DNA of 35,764 nucleotides from Leidyana gryllorum EB-2025a (taxonomy: Eukaryota > Protista > Apicomplexa). Positions 22,763-32,432 of this stretch are shown piece after piece. The stretch lies in the NCBI GenBank assembly GCA_048772705.1, contig JBLWGC010000015.1, forward strand, positions 1 through 35,764, given 5' to 3'. The translations under genes were made by a program, and so were the position numbers. Under the pieces are notes generated by a model. It was not told the DNA's origin. It did no database searches and saw only the letters and a list, made by a program, of their open reading frames with translations. The first letter of the stretch is position 1. Every line of letters begins with the position of its first letter.

Positions 22763-23792
22763 ATGGTGGCCATCCATCTCGACCCCCTAATATGTACCTG
22801 GATGTTCTTCCCCGTGGTGGGATTGACATTGGGAACCATATTACTGCGACAAGGGATGACTATGCTGTTCAAGAAACCTGGAGAGGTCGCTGGGGGCAAT
22901 CCTATGATGCCGGGAAAAGCTCCGACTCTGGCTGAGGTTCACATTGGGTGAGATTTGACTGTGTTATCTCCTAGAGTGGTGGCTCAGGAATGTGACTACT
23001 GCCTCGAAACTCACCCGAGCCGCTTCGGTGATGATGACTCCGGCCAGTCTGCTGGCGCGAAGACGCTATTGGGTCGGCAAGGAGGAAGACGGCAAACTTT
23101 GTGACCCTCCTGAGATTCCTCAGCAACCTCTGCAGGCAATGATGAGTGCTGGTAAGTCAGGTGCTTTCTTTTGTAACGCGTTGTGCCACTACAATTTGCT
23201 GCCGCAGACCCATCCCAAATGGCCGGTTCCATGATGCACCACATGTCGTCATTGGTGTTGAACGGTGGGTTGGCTTATCTCATTAGCTACCTGTTCTCGG
23301 AGTCGGTTGTGGGCAAGACCCCCTTCCCGCTCACCGACACGTTCAAGCCCCTGCTACAACGCGGAATGGACGTGCCAGACCTCGACGCCTCGTACATCTC
23401 GGCTCTGTCGTGGTACGTTCTGATATTGTTCTGCAGTTCAAGCTTCACCTTCTTGCTGGGGAAATTGTTTGGCGGCAGTGAGTGTTTGTTGCCCGATCGG
23501 TCCCTCGTACGATGCCTTTTCTGTAGTGGGGAAGATGAACATGTTGGCAGCGATAGATCCTATGATGGGGATGGCAATGGGCGGTGGGGGTCAGGGGGCA
23601 CCGCTCCCCGGTCTTTTCGGGGGAGAGCCCACAAAGCAGTTTGGGCAGGAGGCAGATTACTGGAAAATCCTGGTAAGCCAGAGAAGGATGAGAGATTGTC
23701 TCGGCGGTTGAATTCAATTGTGTCTGCAGCCTCAAAGACCTTTCCTCCCAGAAGCCGAAAAACGAGCTCTGGCTGTGTTAAGTAGATCATGA
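22763..23792 (+). CDS. EMC3: ER membrane protein complex subunit 3 (~275 aa, 5 exons)
   Basis: Introns 22948-22987, 23152-23207, 23478-23526 and 23673-23729. Motifs LDPLICTWMFFPVV, KTPFPLTDTFKPLLQRG..DLDASYISALSWY, KQFGQEADYWKI; stop TGA at 23790-23792. Confidence 0.9.
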
Positions 23793-26700
23793 GCATCAAG
23801 AATGTTCTTATATGTTGTTGTCTGTGGCTAGTTAACGCTGTGGAACTGTACACATATGATCCAATATGTTTCCCGACTGAATTGAACACATCAGTGTCGC
23901 AGAATACCGTCATCAATGACGAGGATTCCGATCACCTCAAGATCCCTGTCCTCACGGAATTAGCAGCTCTGGACCAAGACTCCGCATTCCAGGTTCTCAG
24001 CTACCGCGAATTCAAGACAATGACTGAGGACCCCACAGACCGCACCGGCTATTTGGTCCAACTCACGAGCACTGGGAACCACCCAGTCTTGATAGTCCAG
24101 GGCCACCGTCAAAGCCTACTCTCGCTCGAAAAGCTGATGAGCAGCATTACTGCGATTCAAACTTCCAGACTACGCTTCCTAACGCAAATGGACCTCCAGG
24201 ACCGCTTTGTACAGTGCTCTGGGACTGTTGGACCCATATACCTCGCTGCCTTTGAGGAACAGCCAACAGACGTCAGTATGACTGTCTTCCTGAACCAATT
24301 CACTTTCGTCAGGAGATCGCTGGAGCACATCAGTCGGACTTTGCAACGACAGATTGTGAGAGACTCACCCCCGGGCTCGAACCCCAACCCTCGACCACGT
24401 ATTGTGCTCGTCGGCTACTCGATGGGAGGGTTTGTGGCTGCGAATGTGGCCGTTCACTGGCTCGTCGATATGGTTAGAAGCTGTACCACCACCACGGGAG
24501 GGATTCTGATGCCCGTCGACTGTGATGCCGGGTTTGTGGAGCGTTGGCCGTTTGACATTGTCACTACCTTCACCGTGTCTTCGCCGCTCCTCCAAGCTCC
24601 CAAGGCTTTGGGTTTGACCTGGGAAGCCATATATCAGGACGTTGCCCAACACATGATGGAGGTTGAAAGAAAGCTGAGAGTCGATTGGTCGCATACCTTC
24701 CCATTTTTCATCCACTTCTGTGGCGGCCAGAGTGATCCGCATGTTCACTGCGCTGTGTCTGGTTTCTCGTCACCCTATGACTATTTGGGGGGTAAATTCT
24801 CTCTACAGTTTCCAATGCTCGACATATTGGGCATCACTATAGTGGACACCGAGAGCGGTACATATGAACCTCTCCAAGATGTGGACTTCTTACATCGCAT
24901 ATTCTCGCCTGCTATCCTCTATGCTGCGCAGTTGGACATGTTCAAGTCATATTTGGGTATTGACTGGCAGTCGCGATTCGCCCGCACGTCGGATCTGAAC
25001 TATGTGATATATGGGCTGCTCTTCAACATACTGCACGACAGAATAGCCGAACCGGTCAGTGTGGCTCAAGGCGAACGCAGCTACAACTTTGCCTACATGA
25101 TGAAGCGATGGAAGCTGGATGGGGATATGTCTTTGGAAGAGACCTATCGTCAGCAGGTCAAAATCATCAAGACTCTTTTCCCTTCGCGGGGTATCGCATC
25201 CATCAACCCGGATGACTACAACCCTCTTGAGATCTTAGCCCGCGTATTTCGACTGCAGCCGGATTTGATGAGGAAAGAAGTTATCTGGGGCCCGAAGATT
25301 CCCTTCGTACCCTCAAGTCACCTAAGCCAAAGCCTTCCCCCGCTGAATGTTTCAGATACCACTCTGGAGCACCTCAGTGTGGACATTGATCTCTCGAGCG
25401 GGACCTTCTTCACTCTCGCTAACGTTCCAGAGAGAATCATCTCTTCGCCTCACGCCATACAGGTTCTGAGGATCCCGGTGGAAGCGTACAGCGACAGCAC
25501 GCGGCGTCTACTCGGTGGCGGTCAGAGAGCTGTCATGACGGTTGGGGCTTTGGCCGACCCGGAAGTGGATAGTTTGCTCATGTATTGGGTCTACGGAGAC
25601 TTCACGACCATTCAGAGTCGACGAGACTGCAAACTATTGCGCATGGAGGCTTTGGAAAGCTACTCTAACACTGTTGACTTTCCGAGCGGCAGACAAGAGC
25701 AGCTCCGGATGTTCTTGGGATTCTTCCCACTCCCGATAGGCTCGGCCGAGCTGTCCCAGAATTCGAACCACTCCGTCGGCTTAGCCTTCCAAACCCTCAC
25801 CACCAGTCCACTGTACATTTCCCTGAGATTGTCGGTGGGAGAGTATGCTGCTCGTGACTGGATCAGCCGAGCGTTCAATCCTTGGGGCTACTGGCCTGTC
25901 ATGACAGTGACAGCTGCCACTCGTTGGCGCGTACCCACGTTCGGGCAAGATGTGGAGACCCTCGAGGACAATCGATGGCAGCCTTTGCGACTCCATTCAC
26001 ACAATTTCGCATTTATAATCAACTACGAAGGGAGAGTGTCTCTCCCTTCCGCGACCTCGTGTGTCTGGCAGTGGTCCGACGCAGAGAGCCCTCTGATCCG
26101 CAAGTGTTCGACTCAGTTCCGTCCGAGGCGAGAGACCGAAGGTCGGGGAGAATGGACTCTTTACACGAGAGAGCGCTGGGCTACGGGAGTGCAGTCTCTC
26201 CAAGAGATCCAACAACTGCGAATGGGGCCCGCTCGATTGGACCAGAGGAGTTACGGACCCAAGCCGCTGCCAGAGTATGACAACTCCACTGTGGGTCAGC
26301 CTTTGGACACGACGCAGCGGATTCAAATGTACGAAAGCGCCGCGAAACGCGAGTTGATCACCACGATTGACCACCTGATCAAAGGGCAATGGCTGCCACT
26401 GGTCACTTACAGTATGTTATTCACTCTGTTTCTGCTCGGATTCAATCGGGTGGCGATGGCTTATTGCTCCCGACAGACCTTCGTGCCCACCCATACGGCG
26501 CTGGTAGCTCCCTCACGAGATGCTAAGCACATCATCAAAGGTTCTCTGACGGCCTTGGCTTATGTCCTGTTCCCTCCACGGAAACCCGGAATGCTCAGTC
26601 TGTTGGCGCAGACATGGCGACGTATGTGGCCAGCCGTCATAGTTTTGATTATCTGGGCGATCCTGCTGACGGTTTTGGGGAGTGAGTCAAAGTTTTGGTG

Positions 26701-27932
26701 TTTGACGTTGAGATCCCCCATTCCTGTCAGATTTGCATAGGAGTTCAACGAATCTGGAGGCTGCTGCAATGGAGTACGAAGTTCGAGATCTGTTCCAGGA
26801 TCTACCTGGGATCGGTGTTTTTGGGATGGTGCTCTCGATCTGCTCTCTCACGTACATTGTCATATGCTTCGGCGGCTTGGCGGGTACAATGGTGGGTTTT
26901 CTGTGCTGGAATTGGATCAGCTTTGTCGGATTGTGTGGCAAGTTGTCGACTTGGAAATATCCACGGAGAGGGACGTGGATGTGGATCGGTTGCACTCTTG
27001 TGTTGAGCATCCTGAGTTTGACCTTTTGCCTCTTTGTACTCTTCCTCATGCCGACGTTCGCCATGATGTTCAGTACAGCGGGCATTTTGATTTTGCTTAT
27101 GGTGCATAATCTCCTCAAGATATCTCATTCTTCTCGTGGAGAAGCAGACCCGGCGCTGCCTGAGATACGGGAGCTCGTAACCCCTCGTCTTTGGACGTTG
27201 CAACGGACCTCCATCCTGCTGGAGGCCAGCTTCTTGATCGGTTTGTGCATATTTGGATCACTGCATCTTTGGTCCCAACTGCACATTGGGTGGCCCGCCA
27301 AGTACGGATACTCCAGCTTCATCTCCGCCCTCTGGGCCACTGGGCCTCGCCTGATCTATCGCAAGGATTTCTCCACCTATCTGCTGACTCTTGGGGCGCT
27401 GATGGATCTGTACATCGTCCCCTTTTCTGCCGCTGCCCTCGTCATTGGACACGGATGCCACTACGCCCGACGACGAGAGGTCAAATTCCAGATACGACGA
27501 CTGGAAAGAGCTCGCAGAAAAACCGTCTCCGCCCTGCAGTTCATGGAAGCTGCTCGCGGAACCCACATACTGGAGGAACACGGAGACCTCTTCAACAGCA
27601 TGGCCACTCCAGACGGCGATCAACCAGTCGCTGAGATCACCACCACAGCCGTGAGCGAGCTGTCGAGCGATCAGACCTTCGCACTGCGCTTGAGCAAGGC
27701 AGCCTTGGGAGCGGATCGAGACCGTAATGTTTGTTCCACCGTTGGTGTTCTACTTTGCCTGACTTCTGTGGGGGGGCTTCTTGCCGTAAGGTAAGCAGCA
27801 AATCGACCCGCCACCAACACTTGATCCACATATTTTTTCAGGATGACGTCCCTTAATATGGTACTCGTCCCCTCTGTTATCGGTTTGCTGCTGATGACAG
27901 GAATGGAGATTTACATGACCATCATGCGCTAA
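23789..27932 (+). CDS. PGAP1/Bst1-like alpha/beta-hydrolase multi-pass membrane protein, copy 1 (~1347 aa, 3 exons)
   Basis: Signal peptide; PVLIVQG, IVLVGYSMGG (GxSxG), TVSSP, CGGQSDPHV; C-terminal multi-TM region. Introns 26682-26730 and 27791-27841. The GPI inositol-deacylase assignment is by motif and architecture only. Confidence 0.7.
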
Positions 27933-27963
27933 TTTAGCTAGCCTTAGTTAGTACCCGAAAAGA

Positions 27964-30900
27964 ATGATGTGGCGATCATTGATTATTTGTATAACTTATG
28001 TATTTGCACTACCCGAGCGCTATCCCGTACAACACGGTGACCCTCAATGCTTTGTGTATACAGAGATCGCGGCACACCATCGTCTCCCCGGGCTAGAAGA
28101 AGTTGAACCCGGAGATGCCGACGAAGAAGGAGGAGGGCCGCCACCCCGCTATGTACCTCGTACACCTGAACCTGTACAGGCTGCAGACCTCTTGAGTGCA
28201 TTCAACTTGACATGGGCCGAACTTCCTCCAGAGTTGCAACAGCTAGCATTATCGAATATAACCTCCCCCTTATTCCCAGCATATGCAGACGAAATAGCAA
28301 GTGAGTATCTGGGATCCCGAAGACACCTGGTGGAGCCGCTAGTCAAACTCACTAAGCCTGAGTTTGCTGATCGGACAGAAAGCGAGTCCCGACGCTGGCC
28401 CGGCTCGCTCGTTCAATTAACATACACCGGACGACAACCATTATTGCTTGTCCATGGCGATCGCAAGACGATGGCAAATTTGGAACGTTGGGTAACCTCC
28501 ATCCGAGCTATCGCACACGCGCGAATGGAGTTCGAACGACTGGCCGGTTTGCGCGATAGATATGCGGGCTGTGAAAGTACCATTGGGCCGATCTTCCTGG
28601 CTGCCTTTGATGGTCAACCAGTGCTGCAGAGCATCAACCTGTATTTGAATCAGGTGGCTGCCACTATGGACTCCCTGGTTTACATAGCCGACATTGTGAA
28701 AGACGCTAGTCACCGGCATGGTCATGTCGCGCCTCGTCCGCGCATTCTTATCGCTGGCTACAACATGGGTGGTACTGTAGCGTTCCATATAGGGACAGAT
28801 TTTCTTCTCGATTTATCCCGGCATTGTGATGTATATGAGGATGGCATGTTGATACCAAAAGCTTGTGATGTCGAGTTTCAGGACAAATGGCCATTCGACA
28901 TTATTGGTGTAATGACCGTGTCGAGCCCGATCCGTCAACACCCTTATCCACTGAATCTGGCGTGGGGTGGTCTATTTACCGATCTGATCAACAAAGTGGA
29001 ATCAGCTCTGGATCATCTTAGTGTGCATTGGGGCCGAATGATTCCTTTTTTCCTCCACTTCTGTGGCGGTCAAAGTGATGCCCAGCTACAATGTATTATC
29101 TCTGACTTGGCCGGCATCCGAGAAGCTGGACTTGTGACCAAAGCATCAATGTCATTCCCCGCTGTGGATCTGATGAACTCTCCCACCACCAATTTGGAGG
29201 AGTTTGAGATTCTGAAAGACGTCAATTTTCTGCATCGTGTCCTCTCCCCGCTGATGCTGTTCGTCAGCCGGGTGAGTGTTCTCCAATACTATCTCGGAGC
29301 CGACTGGAGGACGAGGCTGACCAGACCTCAAGATGTATACGCAGCTGTGGTCCCATTGGTATTCTATCTGATGCACAAGAACATCGCCGAGCCGATCTCC
29401 AAAGTTCAGGGTGAAAGGAGCTATAATATCGCTCATTTTATCAACAGAATGCGGCTTTGGAATGCCACTACACCTGAAGAAGCATACGAAGACTGTCTGC
29501 GTTTCGTACTGGTGATGCTTCGGTCACAAGCTCTGTTGGTGATTGACGTCGAAACCAACAGCCCACTGGATTTGTTGGTCAAACTGTTCCGTACAATGCC
29601 AGCGCAGATCAGTCGATCATATATGTGGGGATCATACACTCCATTCGCTAATACTGGACTTCTCACTGCCGACGAAAGTGGCACCGTTCGAGTCGATCCT
29701 GGTCGTCTCGACAGTCGCTCTATTTCCGTTGACATGTCAGGAGCCACGTTGGTTCATATAAATGATCCGGTCGAGACCCTCCATATGGATGTACACAGTA
29801 TTGTCATTCTGGAGCTTGAGGTCACTGAGTACAGTCAAACAATTACGCTCGAAATGCTGGTGGATCCGGAAGTAGAATCAGTGGTGGTGAGGGAACGAAG
29901 AGTATTTGCTGACACACAGTGTGTTTCGTAGATGTACTATGTGTATGGCTCAGCGGATGACAATGGACCCGATCTGTCCCAGATGAAGGTTCTGGCACTG
30001 GTAGACAACGCCGAATGCCCCAACACGGTGCAGTTCCCGAGTCGCAGAATTGAACAGCTAAGGCTGCTGACGAGCATTGTCCCGGTGCCAAGTAGACTGC
30101 CCAACGCCACAGCACTTGTGGGCATAGCTCTGACGGTTATGACTCCCTCCGACATTGTCATACTGGGCAATTCTAACCCAAGTCTCCACCTGACCGCTGA
30201 TTGGATAATGCGGAGTCTCCCATCCTGGGGCCCCTGGGACATCATTGACGTTGCGGCCACTACCGAATGGCTGATCCCGCTGCACGGAGCTTCGGTTGAG
30301 GATCTCGAGGACGGAGGGTGGGAGCTTCTTAGAATTCACTCTCACAATTTTGGGTTTCTGATGAATGCTGCCGGAAGGGCAGTGGTGCCAGCGGCCAACC
30401 AATGCAAGTGGATATGGGATATTGCCACCGATCCTCTTCTTCGGAGATGTGAAATGAGATTTGCGCCCCGAAGATCCACATATCGGCGCCAGGAATGGAA
30501 AATGTACTCCAAGTTGACTTGGCGTCAGCACGAGAGGGGTAGGTTGGTTCCAGACTACGTACCTGAAGCAGGTGCTAACGCAAGTGCAACGGCGACCCAA
30601 CCCCTTCAAATGACAAACGATGTGACTCTGGCGGCTGTCTCCATTCAAAACTACTTTCAACTGAAGAGAGACACGCTGGTTCGGTACCACGGACTCACAG
30701 TCCTCTCCTTCATCGCATGTACACACATCTTGTTGCTGGGATTCAATCTGGTAGCGTATGCGTATGCCACTCGAGGAACGGGGGTCAGTATGAAATTTGT
30801 ATCGTTGGAGGGAGATCTCAACGTGAATCGCATAATGCGGCGCTTTGTAACCTGTTTGAGCTACACACTCTTCCCGCCTCGGAAACCTGTCGCCCACAGT

Positions 30901-32240
30901 CTCGTTGCCACCATTTGGCGCCGAACGTGGCCGGCACTCGCCGTTCTCACAGTCTCCTTGGCATCAATCCTAGTCTGCAACAGTAAGTTGATCAATAGTC
31001 GTGGCTGCCTTCACCACTCTCACGTCTCTTCTTCCCAGCCCGCCCCCTTCGCGAGCCCAGCGGAAGGTACTTGGGTACTCGAGATTTGTTCGAAGACTTC
31101 AATATTATCTCTGCCACGCTTCTCATTTGGTGTCTTGTGGCGGGGTCACTGGTTGGAATCAGCACAGTTATCGGCCTTTTCGCGTTGCTCATAACTGGTA
31201 CCATTCAGGGGTGGAAGTGGGCGCAAGCCAACTTGGGCTACTGCATACCACATGTCTCGTTGGGTAGTCTACGTGAAACAACCCGTGTTGCGCGTTACAT
31301 TATCGCTGCTCTGATCTGTATAATACTCACAATACTGTGGCCTTCGGTATTACTGATGATCGCTGATGTTTTGTTGGCGGGACTGCTCACACTGTACTTC
31401 CTCACGGCCCCGCTGCCCACCGACTCAGCTTTGCCCAGCATGGCTTTGGTTGAGAAACGGGTATGGACTCTGGAAGGCACTATGATATTACTAATGCTAA
31501 TGATTGCGGCCGATTTGACTGCATACATCGGCTTCTACGTTGTGAACCAGATGAGTTTGGGAATAAGGCCGAGATTTGGCTACCGCAATATGTGGACAGC
31601 TGCCTGGGCCGAGAGCGCTGGCTTACTGGGCCATCGAGGAGTGGTTTCGACCCGGTATCGATGTGCAGTTTTCATTGATTTGTATCTGGCTACAGTACCC
31701 ACCTTCGTATTGGCCTTGTTGGTGACGAGGTGGGTCAGGAGACAGTTCAGTGGATCAGCCAGAGATCTCCAAATCGGTCTTGAAACTAAACTCTCGAGAT
31801 TGTCAGACGCTTTGGATCTGGACGCTCAGCAAGCGCTCGTCGAAACTACGACGGGCCGCGATACATCCATTGAAGGCCCCATGCACTCACAGAGCGAGGG
31901 CTCGATCCTGGCAGGACTGACGAGTCCCGAAAAGCTTGTTAGCTCAGACTCGTCCGTGGAGAATGAGGGGTCGATGCAGAACCCAGCTGGAAGCCTTGTG
32001 ATCCCCGATGAGACGGAATTGACCCGACGAGAGGCCTCGCTCGAAACTTTGGTGGTGTTGGCCCAGAAGAATGCCCATGAACGACATCAATCAGCCATAT
32101 TCGGAGGTCTGGTGGCAGTCATCGGCATGGCGAGCCCCTACTTTATTCGAGCAACGGGACTGATGTACACTGAGATGTCACTCATTGTCGCCGTCCTGGT
32201 GATGATCGTTCACAGAGTCGTTTTTGAATGGGTGGGATGA
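27964..32240 (+). CDS. PGAP1-like multi-pass membrane protein, copy 2, with nucleophile Ser replaced by Asn (~1391 aa, 3 exons)
   Basis: Colinear paralogue of copy 1 (WPFDI, PFFxHFCGGQSD, QGERSYN, RxHSHNF, LFPPRKP), with ILIAGYNMGG. Introns 29887-29931 and 30983-31038 join three ORFs in frame. Confidence 0.7.
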
Positions 32241-32293
32241 ATGAGTGGCTGCCTGCCTGCCTGACACTCTCTCCCACCCCCAATAGTCAGTCA

Positions 32294-32309
32294 GACACAC
32301 ACACACACA
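32294..32309. repeat. (AC)n microsatellite upstream of APE1
   Basis: acacacacacacaca in the 192-nt spacer, which also carries (gcct)3. Confidence 0.8.
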
Positions 32310-32432
32310 TAGTTAGTTGAAGGCCAGATCATGATGACGAGATAGGGCCGATGACGTTGGGTAGGGGGAGCGAGAGGGAGACGGCGTCGCCCCATTAGTC
32401 AATAGGAATATTCACGAGGGAGAGTTATAGCA

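Noticed and set aside
29929-29934. TAG directly followed by ATG between ORFs 27964-29931 and 29932-31194, suggesting readthrough or two coupled genes
   Set aside because: The TAG is the 3' splice site of a 45-nt GT-AG intron (29887-29931). Removing it restores colinearity with the paralogue.
32331-32432. ATGATGA (box C-like) upstream of APE1, possible C/D snoRNA
   Set aside because: No box D (CTGA) or terminal stem before the APE1 start codon.
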